NCBI RefSeq assembly: GCF_000196355.1
Contig: NC_007614.1
Coordinates: 2,370,001 to 2,402,000, forward strand
Source of the DNA: Nitrosospira multiformis ATCC 25196
GTDB lineage: Bacteria > Pseudomonadota > Gammaproteobacteria > Burkholderiales > Nitrosomonadaceae
Length of the DNA: 32,000 nucleotides
Direction: 5' to 3'
Shown here: positions 11,610 to 20,778 of the stretch, one piece after another
Layout of the letters: every line of letters starts with the position of its first letter
Numbering within the stretch: the first letter of the stretch is position 1
Made by a program: the position numbers and the translations under genes
Notes under the pieces: model-generated
Seen by the model: only the letters and a program-made list of their open reading frames with translations
Database searches by the model: none
Told to the model about the DNA's origin: nothing

Positions 11610-11706
11610 CTCGCGCTTTTTTCCAGGCCTTTTCGAGGATCTTCATGAGGAACTGTGGAATAAGCTGAATCTGCACCTCACCTATGAACTCCTATGCTAT
11701 CGAAGT

Positions 11707-12153
11707 TTACGTTCCAATTCCCTTTTTTTGCAGCTCCGCCTTTGCATTCTCGGTCTTCTCCAACTCCAGTTCCATGTACTTCAACACTCCGGGGATTTTC
11801 GTAAACTGTATATCCCCATACTCGACTACCTGAACGCGATTACCCCAAGGATCGAGGAAGTCGAGGAAGCCTCCTTCGAGCACTGTCGCTCCCGCCGCTT
11901 CAGCGAGTTCGCGTACATTTGAGCGGTCATCGACCACAAGGCCGAAATGCCTGTCATCGTCGGGGCTTTGCGATCGCCCTTCCATCAGTGCAATGAACTG
12001 GTCTCCCATATCGATAAAGGCAGCGCCCTGGCTTCGTCCTCGTAATTTAAAGGTGAAGATGCGGCCATAAAAAGCCAACGCTTCTTCGATGTCACCGACC
12101 TCCAGCGCTATATGATTGATGCCGACCATGTGCGGTTTTGTCTTCTCGCTCAT
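11707..12153 (-). CDS. VOC (glyoxalase / bleomycin-resistance / dioxygenase) family protein
   Basis: The 148-aa ORF has GINHIALEVGD...FYGRIF, typical of the VOC fold. An AGGAGG SD lies upstream of the ATG. Confidence 0.85.
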   Translation of the reverse strand: MSEKTKPHMVGINHIALEVGDIEEALAFYGRIFTFKLRGRSQGAAFIDMGDQFIALMEGRSQSPDDDRHFGLVVDDRSNVRELAEAAGATVLEGGFLDFLDPWGNRVQVVEYGDIQFTKIPGVLKYMELELEKTENAKAELQKKGIGT

Positions 12154-12278
12154 CTGTTTCCTCCTGATGGATAGGCGTTCTGCTCCAGGAATCGTTACTT
12201 GTCTTGCCTATTTTAGGTCTGCCATTTTCTTTTTGCTTTTCATGCCACATTGCATCGTTTTTGATATCCCCTTCCAGC

Positions 12279-13010
12279 CTAAGCATTTTGCGCGGCATGG
12301 AATGCTCTTAGCACTGCGGGCAAAAACACAGTACGCACCTCTGATGCCCCGCGCAAGCTTGGCTCGATAGTAACTGTAAACCAGGACGGGTCACCCGCGA
12401 GGAAATGGAGGTGCACATCGACGAGCTCTCCATAGCGTGGAGCGATCCGCCGAATAACGGCATTGATGCGATTGAACTTGGGCCGGGCAATGCGCGCATC
12501 GGTGGCAAGAAAATTGCGAGAGTCATCGCCGAAAGTCGGGTCGTAAACTGTGCCCAGCAGAACTGGCCGTACCGGAAGCGCTTGCAGAAAAGCATCCAAC
12601 CGCTGTTGAAAGCAGGCGATGCCCTCCCCTCGGTCTGCAGCAAGACCAGCGAGAAGATCGTTGCCTCCTACTGTAACCAGGGCGACAGCAGGACCGGTTG
12701 CCTTGATACCTCGCGCCTGCCAGGAGAGATTGTCAACCACGCCGCCATCACGCGCCCGGTGGTCCAGCAGTGCAGTCATCGAGGCTGCCTGAGACAGGAG
12801 GTCGCGCCCCTTGAGCTCTGGAAACAGGAAATCATTGTTGCGAACGATCAACTGTCCTGGATGGACTCCATATTCGTTGTAGCGCCCGCAATCGAGAATC
12901 GAATCCCCAAATGTGAAGACGGTGAATACCTTGTTCTTCGCTGAAATCGTTCTACTTAATGCCACAGCCATGGGTCCGGCCATAAGGGCTTGCAGAAAAC
13001 ATCGGCGCAT
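12279..13010 (-). CDS. Secreted SGNH/GDSL-family hydrolase (esterase/lipase-like)
   Basis: Block I FGDSILD and block III GGND are present, along with the signal-like N-terminus MRRCFLQALMAGPMAVALS. The ATG at 13010 is preferred over the TTG at 13079, which would overlap the upstream gene. Confidence 0.8.
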   Translation of the reverse strand: MRRCFLQALMAGPMAVALSRTISAKNKVFTVFTFGDSILDCGRYNEYGVHPGQLIVRNNDFLFPELKGRDLLSQAASMTALLDHRARDGGVVDNLSWQARGIKATGPAVALVTVGGNDLLAGLAADRGEGIACFQQRLDAFLQALPVRPVLLGTVYDPTFGDDSRNFLATDARIARPKFNRINAVIRRIAPRYGELVDVHLHFLAGDPSWFTVTIEPSLRGASEVRTVFLPAVLRAFHAAQNA

Positions 13011-13062
13011 CACTCTATTTTCATGTGACAAGAGAACGGCTGGGCGTCGGCTGCACCGGTGT

Positions 13063-13725
13063 TTATACACCCTGCGCAAGCAATGGATAATCCGTAATCA
13101 CCCCATCCACGCCCAGTTGCCGGCACTCCTCATGCTCGGCCCGGGTTACCGGACCGTAAACGAAGTTGCGAAAACCCCTGGCGGCCGCCTGTGCCAACAT
13201 GGCCTGATCCAACACATTGTAATCCCAAACCAGATGGTTGATCCTGGCGTTGCCCTCACAATCGAAACCAGCCCACAGGGAATCGAGGGTTTGCGGTCGG
13301 TGCGCGACCAGCAGGCCGCAATCGAGCTTTAATGAGGATGCGCAGATTGCAATCAGATCATGCCGGAAGGAGCTAACGATAATACGATGGCAGGCTTGAT
13401 ACTTTTCCAGAACACCGAATACGGTCGACAAGCGATGCGGGGTTTTGAGTTCGATATTCCAGAGTATGTCGGGAAAATGCGCGAGCGCCTCATCCAGGGT
13501 AGGTATTTTATGCCCCAGCACATCTTCGATTTCGCAATGGGCAAGATCAGATACTGCCTGTCCGGTTGCCATTACCCGATCATGAACCAGTACCGGTACA
13601 CCATCCCGGCTCATGCGCACATCCGTCTCGATACCGTTTACCCCTGCCATTATCGCTGCGTCAAAAGCTTCGAGCGTATTTTCCGGAGCTGTCACGTGAT
13701 AACCACGATGCGCCAATACCAGCAT
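13063..13725 (-). CDS. Glycerophosphodiester phosphodiesterase
   Basis: The GDPD signature is present (LAHRGY...PENTLEAF...GIETDVRMSRDGVPVLVHD). The ATG at 13725 lies 2 nt after the upstream gene's TGA. Confidence 0.9.
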   Translation of the reverse strand: MLVLAHRGYHVTAPENTLEAFDAAIMAGVNGIETDVRMSRDGVPVLVHDRVMATGQAVSDLAHCEIEDVLGHKIPTLDEALAHFPDILWNIELKTPHRLSTVFGVLEKYQACHRIIVSSFRHDLIAICASSLKLDCGLLVAHRPQTLDSLWAGFDCEGNARINHLVWDYNVLDQAMLAQAAARGFRNFVYGPVTRAEHEECRQLGVDGVITDYPLLAQGV

Positions 13726-13727
13726 AT

Positions 13728-14555
13728 TCAATGTCTTCCCAGGCTCGCATCTATGAATTTACCCAAAGCCTTCGCCCAGTCTTCCCTGGTGTAAATGAAG
13801 CCCTCATTGTGACCGCCCTGCAGCTCAATGAATCGCTTCGGATTGCGTGCTGCCTCGTACAGGGCTTGCCCTTGCTTGAACGGCACAATTTCATCCTGAG
13901 GACTGTGCGCGATGAATACGGGACAGCTCACATCCTTCAAATGCTCGAGAGTGTTGTATTTGAAACGGGAAAGCCGCCGAATGGGAAGATAGGGATACAG
14001 TTGCGCTCCCATGTCAGGAACCGAGGTAAACGCGGAAGTCAGAACCAGGACACCGGGTATTTCGCGGGCGGCCAGCCAGGAAGCGATTGCACCCCCTAAA
14101 GATTCCCCGAACAACACAACATCGGCAGGCGGAATTGCCTTCTTTTCGGTTATGTAGCGCCATGCAGCAACAGCATCCCGGTATGTCCCCTGCTCGGTCG
14201 GTTTACCGCTACTTTCGCCGTAGCCGCGATAATCGAAAATGAAGGTGTTATATCCCAGGCGGTAAAACATCGACAAATAATCGATCCGTTGGGAAATGTT
14301 CCCCGCATTCCCGTGAAAAAACAGGACAGTCGCTTTCGCATGAGATGCCGGGACAAACCAGCCATGCAGCCTTTCGCCATCCGCAGTCTCCAGTTCCACA
14401 GACTCATACGCGAGACCCGACTCACCCGGAGTCCCGGTGATGCCACGCCCGATTTCGGGATAATAAACGAGACTGGGCTGGGCGAAGAATATCACTGCCG
14501 CGAAAACGACATAGATAAGTGCAGCCATGATGGCCAAGCTGAGCAGCATGCGCAT
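13728..14555 (-). CDS. Membrane-anchored alpha/beta-fold hydrolase (lysophospholipase-like)
   Basis: It has an N-terminal TM helix and the nucleophile elbow GESLGG, followed later by HSPQDEIV and GGHN (candidate Asp and His). The length is 275 aa. Confidence 0.85.
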   Translation of the reverse strand: MRMLLSLAIMAALIYVVFAAVIFFAQPSLVYYPEIGRGITGTPGESGLAYESVELETADGERLHGWFVPASHAKATVLFFHGNAGNISQRIDYLSMFYRLGYNTFIFDYRGYGESSGKPTEQGTYRDAVAAWRYITEKKAIPPADVVLFGESLGGAIASWLAAREIPGVLVLTSAFTSVPDMGAQLYPYLPIRRLSRFKYNTLEHLKDVSCPVFIAHSPQDEIVPFKQGQALYEAARNPKRFIELQGGHNEGFIYTREDWAKALGKFIDASLGRH

Positions 14556-14634
14556 GGATCGTTTAATCCGCAGTTAAACACCGAAGCCGACAGCTATAAT
14601 AGCGATTTTTCAGTGAACAGTAACAGGAACAAGA

Positions 14635-15183
14635 ATGAATCTTGACAGAGTCAGCTCCGGCCGTGACGTGCCGAACGATTTCAATGTCATCATAGAAATA
14701 CCCATGAACGCTGACCCCATCAAATACGAGGTGAATAAGGAAACGGGTGCAATGTTCGTTGATCGCTTCATGTCGACATGCATGCACTATCCCTGTAACT
14801 ACGGTTATATCCCGCACACCCTCTCGGAAGATGGAGATCCGGTGGATGTTCTGGTAATTTCACCGGTTCCACTCATCTCAGGAGTGGTGGTAAGGTGCCG
14901 GCCACTGGGTATGCTTCAAATGACCGATGAGGCGGGCGGAGATGCGAAGGTCCTGGCGGTGCCAATCGACAAACTGTGCGCTCTCTATCGCGGGGTGAAA
15001 TCTCACGCCGACTTGTCTGAACTGACACGCTCACAGATTGCCCATTTTTTTGAACACTACAAGGACCTGGAACCCGGCAAATGGGTGAAGATAACCGGAT
15101 GGGCAGGGGTGACGGAAGCCGAAGTGGAAATTACAAGCGGAGTGAATCGCTATAACGCGGCCGCGAAAAAACCAATGTTTTAA
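14635..15183 (+). CDS. ppa: Inorganic pyrophosphatase (family I)
   Basis: The 182-aa ORF has the [10 protein letters not shown] motif. A perfect TATAAT lies at 14595-14600 upstream. Confidence 0.95.
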   Translation: MNLDRVSSGRDVPNDFNVIIEIPMNADPIKYEVNKETGAMFVDRFMSTCMHYPCNYGYIPHTLSEDGDPVDVLVISPVPLISGVVVRCRPLGMLQMTDEAGGDAKVLAVPIDKLCALYRGVKSHADLSELTRSQIAHFFEHYKDLEPGKWVKITGWAGVTEAEVEITSGVNRYNAAAKKPMF

Positions 15184-15244
15184 AAGCAATGTCAAGGTTT
15201 CAGAGCTTGGCAGAACACCGCCAAACAACGGGCAGCATGAAAAA

Positions 15245-15853
15245 ATGAGTTGGCTCGAACGCATCGTATTGAAGGGCGAGGTTGTCACCCTGGAACCGCT
15301 TGCGCCTGATCACATCGAGCCTTTGCGATGGGCGGTCAGGGATGGAGAATTCTGGAAGCTGTGGTTTGCAAACGTGCCCCCGCCCGAGCAGATGGAAAAC
15401 TATGTAATCACCGCCATCGAAAACGCTGAAAAAGGAAACATCGCATTTGCGGTAAGACTGAATGCGACAGATGGAATAGTGGGCACGACCCGTTTCTATA
15501 ACGTGGATGAAGCGAACAGGCGCCCGATGCTCGGCTACACCTGGTATGCAAAATCCGCCTGTAAAACAGGGGTGAACACGGAAAGCAAGCTGTTATTGCT
15601 TCAGCATGTCTTCGAGAAAAAGAAAGCGCTAGCGGTAGAGTTCAGAACACATTTTTTCAACCAGGTTTCGAGGAGCGCAATTGAACGCCTGGGTGCGAAA
15701 CAGGATGGAATATTGCGCAACCACCAGATCATGCGCGACGGCTCCATCCGCGATACCGTCATTTATTCGATCCTCCAGCATGAATGGCCCTCAGTGAAGA
15801 ACAATCTGCTAAACAGACTCTCGTCTAACCGGGGGGAGCCGGCGCCCGAATAA
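15245..15853 (+). CDS. GNAT-family N-acetyltransferase (RimJ/RimL-like)
   Basis: The 202-aa ORF has a pattern typical of Acetyltransf_3 proteins (LEPL...HxxxL, RFYNVD, LGYTWY, RSxxAIERLGA). Confidence 0.8.
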   Translation: MSWLERIVLKGEVVTLEPLAPDHIEPLRWAVRDGEFWKLWFANVPPPEQMENYVITAIENAEKGNIAFAVRLNATDGIVGTTRFYNVDEANRRPMLGYTWYAKSACKTGVNTESKLLLLQHVFEKKKALAVEFRTHFFNQVSRSAIERLGAKQDGILRNHQIMRDGSIRDTVIYSILQHEWPSVKNNLLNRLSSNRGEPAPE

Positions 15854-15994
15854 TATATTGCATTATCATTAGATATATCGCAGGCTCCGCTCCTTCCACA
15901 GGAACTTCAAAAGCGGTCAAGCCCTCCAAGGCTCAGGGTGACCCAATCGCATATAGTCGCCGTCACATCGAGGAATACAAAATGGGGAGCGGGC

Positions 15995-16732
15995 ATGAAT
16001 CGACGAAAACTGCTGGGATTGCTCGGGATAGCCGGAATCGGCATGGCAGGACGGCATTCATCCCTCCATTCCGGGAATGAGGAGGTAGCCCGTAAAATGA
16101 TTTCATGCGTGGTAACTCCCCAGCAAACGGAAGGTCCTTATTTCGTCGATGAACGCCTGCACCGTTCAGATATTCGATCCGATCCTTCCGATGGCTCGGT
16201 AAAGGCTGGCCTTCCGCTTGCACTCGAACTGCGCATTTTCACGGTGGGCAACGAGGGCATGGAAGGGTGCCTGCCGCTTGCCAATGCCATAGTCGACATC
16301 TGGCACTGCGATGCGCAGGGAATCTATTCCGATGTCGAGGACAGGAATTTCAATACAATGGGAAAGAAATTCCTGCGCGGCTACCAGTTAACGGACAGGA
16401 ACGGCAGCGTGCGTTTTATCACCATTTATCCAGGGTGGTATCCTGGCAGAACCGTTCATATTCATTTCAAGATACGGACCGATCCCGGTTATGCGCGCGG
16501 CCGCGAATTTACATCGCAACTCTACTTCGATGATGCGATTACCGATAAGGTGCACGCACAACCCCCTTATGCCGAACACGCCAGCAAGGGTTCATATCAG
16601 CAGAGAACCAGGAATGAAGATGACAGCATTTATCTCAAGGGTGGAAGGCAACTGATGCTCAAGCTTGCCGGAGCAGAGACAGGCTATGCGACTGCATTCG
16701 ACGTGGGGCTGGAAGCGGAAAAAAGAGATTGA
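15995..16732 (+). CDS. Tat-exported intradiol ring-cleavage dioxygenase-like protein
   Basis: The ATG at 15995 has GGGGAG upstream and a twin-arginine signal MNRRKLLGLLGIAGIG. The dioxygenase_C-like core is present (TEGPYF, IWHCDAQGIYS, GRTVHIHFKI). Confidence 0.8.
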   Translation: MNRRKLLGLLGIAGIGMAGRHSSLHSGNEEVARKMISCVVTPQQTEGPYFVDERLHRSDIRSDPSDGSVKAGLPLALELRIFTVGNEGMEGCLPLANAIVDIWHCDAQGIYSDVEDRNFNTMGKKFLRGYQLTDRNGSVRFITIYPGWYPGRTVHIHFKIRTDPGYARGREFTSQLYFDDAITDKVHAQPPYAEHASKGSYQQRTRNEDDSIYLKGGRQLMLKLAGAETGYATAFDVGLEAEKRD

Positions 16733-16781
16733 AGGTCGGATGGGTCAGGATCCTATACCCTTGTTGGAAAGGGGAGCCTAC

Positions 16782-16788
16782 GCTCAGA
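16782..16788. repeat. Left target-site duplication of IS copy A (GCTCAGA)
   Basis: It is identical to the 7-mer at 18012-18018, which lies immediately outside the other IS end. Confidence 0.85.
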
Positions 16789-18011
16789 TGTAGTAGTCGC
16801 GATCCCATCAGACAGTTTCCCGATTTGACTGGTGCAGTTGTCAGATCAGATTCAACTGTTCAGTAATGTGATTTTATCGTTCCACACCTCCTTTCCGTCA
16901 ATTAATGTTTGCATGGGTGTTCGCCCGCAGCACATCTTGCCCTGATGAGTGCGGTCGTGATTGTAGTAGTGCAGCCAGTCATCCAGGTCAATTTGCAACT
17001 CCTCGATTGATCGGTATATCTTGCGCCGGAACGCGACCTGGTAGAACTCTTGCAGGATCGTCTTGTGAAAGCGCTCACAGATGCCGTTGGTCTGCGGATG
17101 ATTGGCTTTGGTGCGAGTATGTTCAATATCATTGAGCGCCAGATAGAGCTGATAATCGTGAGTCTCTGGCTTGCCGCAATATTCAGTGCCTCGGTCGGTC
17201 AGAATTCGGATCAGGCCCATGTCCTGTTCTGCAAAGAAGGGTAGTACCCGATCGTTGAGCAAATCCGCGCCTGTAATCGGCGTTTTGGTCGTATAGAGCT
17301 TGGCTGTGGCCCACTTGGAGTAGGTGTCGACGAAGGTCTGCTGATAAATACGACCCACGCCCTTGATCGTGCCCACATAGAAGGTATCCTGACTGCCAAG
17401 GTAGCCTGAATGGGCGGTTTCCACCTCCCCATGGGCGACATCGTCGTCCTGCTTCTTCTCCAGGGCACTAACCTGCGCTTCGGTCAGCACTTCTCCAGTC
17501 TGCGCGATATGACATTCCAGTGCCGCCAACCGCTTCTTGAATGATTCCAGGTCCCTGCGCAGCCAGACAGAGCGAACGCCTGAAGGAGAAATGAAGATGC
17601 CGCGTTTGCGTAACTCGTTGGAAACGCGCACTTGCCCGAATGCAGGCTGCTCAAGGGCAAATGCAGCTACCGCCATCTCGACTGCTTCTTCAACTCTATT
17701 CTTGGGATTGGGCTTCCTTCGATTGGCATCAATCAGGGCATCGATACCACCATTTTCCATCGCTGACTGATACCGATAGAAGGTATCCCGGGAAAAGCCC
17801 ATCACCTTGCAGGCACGCGATACATTGCCAAGCTCGGCTGCCAGATTAAGCAGCCCTACCTTGTGCTTAATAACATTTTGTTGAACACTACTCATGGGGT
17901 TACTCCTTTGCGCTTTCAGCGCTCAATTTGATAAAGATTCGCACCTCTATCAAACCGGGTAACCCCGCTTTTCGCAAGGCCCTACTGTCAGATTAAATCT
18001 GAACTACTACA
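16789..18011 (-). mobile_element. IS481-family insertion sequence, copy A (1223 bp)
   Basis: The element carries a single DDE transposase ORF. Its imperfect terminal inverted repeats start with TGTAGTAGT and match at about 21 of 28 positions. The boundaries come from comparison with copy B and from a 7-bp TSD. Confidence 0.9.
16852..17895 (-). CDS. IS481-family DDE transposase
   Basis: The 347-aa ORF has an N-terminal HTH and an rve integrase core with candidate D (QDTFYVG), D (LTDRGTEY) and E (NGICERFH). An AAGGAG SD is present and there is no frameshift. Confidence 0.9.
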   Translation of the reverse strand: MSSVQQNVIKHKVGLLNLAAELGNVSRACKVMGFSRDTFYRYQSAMENGGIDALIDANRRKPNPKNRVEEAVEMAVAAFALEQPAFGQVRVSNELRKRGIFISPSGVRSVWLRRDLESFKKRLAALECHIAQTGEVLTEAQVSALEKKQDDDVAHGEVETAHSGYLGSQDTFYVGTIKGVGRIYQQTFVDTYSKWATAKLYTTKTPITGADLLNDRVLPFFAEQDMGLIRILTDRGTEYCGKPETHDYQLYLALNDIEHTRTKANHPQTNGICERFHKTILQEFYQVAFRRKIYRSIEELQIDLDDWLHYYNHDRTHQGKMCCGRTPMQTLIDGKEVWNDKITLLNS

Positions 18012-18018
18012 GCTCAGA
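18012..18018. repeat. Right target-site duplication of IS copy A (GCTCAGA); contains the lon stop codon
   Basis: It matches 16782-16788. TCA at 18014-18016 is the reverse complement of the lon TGA. Confidence 0.85.
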
Positions 18019-20458
18019 CAAGCTTGAACTCCGACTCCTGACGTCGCGCCCGCTGACCCAGCGATGCCTGAATCGCATCGTCCACTGTTTCCAGAAAAAC
18101 GAACTCCAAGGTGGAACGCGTTGTTTCCGGCACCTCGCGCAGGTCTTTCTCGTTGCGCGCGGGCAGCAGCACCACGCGTAAGCCCGCCCGCTGGGCTGCA
18201 AGCACCTTCTCCTTGATACCTCCCACCGGCAGCACCATCCCTCGCAGGCTGATCTCTCCCGTCATCGCCACATCCCGGTGTACCGGGCGGTTGGTAAAGA
18301 GCGAAGAAAGCGCTATGAACATCGCCACCCCTGCACTGGGACCATCTTTAGGAATAGCCCCTGCTGGTACATGCACGTGCACGTCGATGCCTTCAAATAC
18401 GGATGCGGGGATGTGAAGACTGTCTGCCCGGCCTTTCAACAACGTAAGCGCCGCCTGCGCACTTTCCTTCATCACGCCGCCAAGCTGCCCGGTTAGGATA
18501 AGCTGCCCACGTCCGCTCACCCGTGTTGCCTCGATAAAAAGAATGTCACCGCCTACGGGTGTCCAGGCAAGTCCCGTTGCAACACCTGGCAAACTGGTGA
18601 GCAGCCCGGTCTCGTGCTCGAATTTGGCAGGGCCGAGGATAGTATCCAGATCTGCGGCATCCACGCGTACCTTAGCCTCTGCATCCGACGCAACACGCAT
18701 GGCTGCATGCCGCATGACGCGCCCGATCTCCCGTTCGAGTTGCCGCACTCCCGCCTCACGGGTGTAATTGGCGATGATGCCATCGAGCGCTTCCACCGAT
18801 ATTTCGCACTGATCCTCGCTGAGGCCGTTTACCTCGCGTTGACGCCCCACGAGGTAACGCTGGGCGATCTGAAGCTTTTCCTCCCGGGTGTAGCCCGGGA
18901 GATCAATAATCTCCATCCGGTCGCGCACTGGAGGCGGCACGTTGTCAATAACATTCGCGGTGGCGATGAAAACAACACGGCTCAAATCGAAGGGCACCCC
19001 CAGGTAATTGTCCCGGAACGTAGAATTCTGCTCGGGATCCAGCACCTCTAGCAGAGCTGCCGATGGGTCGCCGTGGAGGCTGGCTGACATCTTATCCACC
19101 TCATCGAGCATCATCACGCAGTTTCGAGCGCCAGCCTTGCGCAGGCTCTGCACAATGTTACCCGGCATGGCGCCAATGTAGGTGCGACGATGGCCTCGCA
19201 TTTCCGCCTCGTCATGCACGCCACCCAATGATACGCGCACGAAGGGCCGCTGCAATGCCCGTGCTATGCTCTGGCCCAGCGAAGTCTTGCCTACCCCCGG
19301 TGGTCCGACAAAACACAGGATAGGAGCACGCCCTTGGGGCTTCAACTTCTGAACGGCCAGGAATTCAATAATGCGCTGTTTGACGCGCTCCAGCCCGAAA
19401 TGATCGTGTTCGAGAATTCGGCGTGCGGCATCGAGGTCAATAGGTGCATCTTCCGGGAGCTTCCAGGGCAACTCTGTCATCCATTCGAGGTAGGTATGCA
19501 GCATCGAATACTCGCTTGAAGCCGGAGGCATGCGCTTTAAGCGCTGCAATTCCTTTCTGGCCTGCGCCTCGATCTCTTCCGGCATGCCAGCCTTGGCCAC
19601 CGCTTCATCCAGCTTCTCTATTTCCTGGTCGTCCCCCTCCGTCTCGCCGAGTTCTTTCTGGATCGTCTTCAATTGCTCCCGCAACAGAAACTTGCGTTCA
19701 CGGTCTTCCAGATGCTCCTTCGTACGCTCACCAATCTCCTGGGATAATCTCAGTACCTCGATACGACGCGACAAAATCTGCAGCACCTTTCGCAGCCGCT
19801 CCTCGGTACTGACCGTTTCAAGCAGCATCTGCTTCTCCGCAACTTCGGTATCGAGCAGGCTTGCCGCGATATCAGCCAGGTGCGAAGGGGCGCGGGTCGC
19901 TTGTAGCGCATGCGCCAGTTCTGCCGGTACGCCGGGCAGCAGGGAAAGAATCTCCACCGTGCGCTCCCGCAATTGCATCGCCAGGGCTTCAGCTTCCGTC
20001 GATACCTCATCAGGCTCCGCAATAAGTCGCACACGGGCAGCGAGAAAAGGACGATCCTCGATCATTTCCTCGATGGAAAAGCGCCCCAACCCCTGACACA
20101 CGGCATGCCGCAGCCCGTCGGATGAGGCAAGATGCCGCACAACGTTCACCACGGTACCTACATTAAACAGCGCATCCTGCCCCGGCTCATCCACAGCAGG
20201 ATCTTTCTGCAGAATGATGCCTAGGGGCCTTTTAGGATCGAGCGCATGTTCCAGCGCAGCAATGGATTTGGCACGACCCACGGTGATTGCAGTCAGAACA
20301 TGCGGGAATAGCACTATATTGCGCATGGGTATGAGGGCAATCACGTCCTGAGGTAATTCCGGCTTGGCTACGATAAGCTCTCCCATGGCGGTCTCTCTGT
20401 AGAAACATTCGAGGAATCGGCTGAGCAATCCGTGTAGTTCCGACTCGGATGCGCTCAA
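18014..20458 (-). CDS. lon: ATP-dependent Lon protease (LonA type)
   Basis: It has a Lon N-domain, Walker A GPPGVGKTS, Walker B MMLDEVDK, the catalytic Ser in PKDGPSAG and the catalytic Lys in GGIKEKV. An alternative start at Met25 (ATG at 20386) is possible. Confidence 0.95.
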   Translation of the reverse strand: MSASESELHGLLSRFLECFYRETAMGELIVAKPELPQDVIALIPMRNIVLFPHVLTAITVGRAKSIAALEHALDPKRPLGIILQKDPAVDEPGQDALFNVGTVVNVVRHLASSDGLRHAVCQGLGRFSIEEMIEDRPFLAARVRLIAEPDEVSTEAEALAMQLRERTVEILSLLPGVPAELAHALQATRAPSHLADIAASLLDTEVAEKQMLLETVSTEERLRKVLQILSRRIEVLRLSQEIGERTKEHLEDRERKFLLREQLKTIQKELGETEGDDQEIEKLDEAVAKAGMPEEIEAQARKELQRLKRMPPASSEYSMLHTYLEWMTELPWKLPEDAPIDLDAARRILEHDHFGLERVKQRIIEFLAVQKLKPQGRAPILCFVGPPGVGKTSLGQSIARALQRPFVRVSLGGVHDEAEMRGHRRTYIGAMPGNIVQSLRKAGARNCVMMLDEVDKMSASLHGDPSAALLEVLDPEQNSTFRDNYLGVPFDLSRVVFIATANVIDNVPPPVRDRMEIIDLPGYTREEKLQIAQRYLVGRQREVNGLSEDQCEISVEALDGIIANYTREAGVRQLEREIGRVMRHAAMRVASDAEAKVRVDAADLDTILGPAKFEHETGLLTSLPGVATGLAWTPVGGDILFIEATRVSGRGQLILTGQLGGVMKESAQAALTLLKGRADSLHIPASVFEGIDVHVHVPAGAIPKDGPSAGVAMFIALSSLFTNRPVHRDVAMTGEISLRGMVLPVGGIKEKVLAAQRAGLRVVLLPARNEKDLREVPETTRSTLEFVFLETVDDAIQASLGQRARRQESEFKLV

Positions 20459-20778
20459 TAGCTTTAGCGATCCGGCTGCAATACCGCAGCAACAAGGACA
20501 CTCATTCTCTTTAGTCTAGCACCGGACGGCTGCGGGTCAACTTCTTATACCCGTTGAGGGGTTGGCATCGGTATCTTCATCTCCGTGTTTCCTGTCAAGT
20601 GAGGGAAAAAGCGGAGGGAATTGTAAGTGGCTTCAAGAGGCAAATATGCTGGAACAGATCATTCAAACATTGACGGGAAGAACGCCTGGCAAGATAGAAT
20701 CACGGCAGGAGCATCGGGAGATGTTCCGATGTATTACCTTTTCTCAACCGATAGCCCACATTGCTGCTGGGACAATCA

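Noticed and set aside
12375-12382. TGTAAACC, which resembles a BirA operator half-site.
   Set aside because: It lies inside the SGNH coding region with no inverted partner (GGTTTACA) within 40 bp.
12405-14099. Plus-strand ORFs 12405-12944 and 13566-14099 (179 and 177 aa). Other long antisense ORFs of the same kind are 4051-4563, 5808-6260, 8518-9006, 22440-23086 and 29258-29875.
   Set aside because: All lie opposite well-supported genes (SGNH, alpha/beta hydrolase, coaX/birA, glnS, rho, cupin/DUF1259, czcC) and lack family features.
19530-20096. A 188-aa Ser-rich plus-strand ORF.
   Set aside because: It is antisense to the Glu/Leu-rich coiled-coil part of lon. The low-complexity Ser/Arg composition is the expected mirror of that coding sequence.
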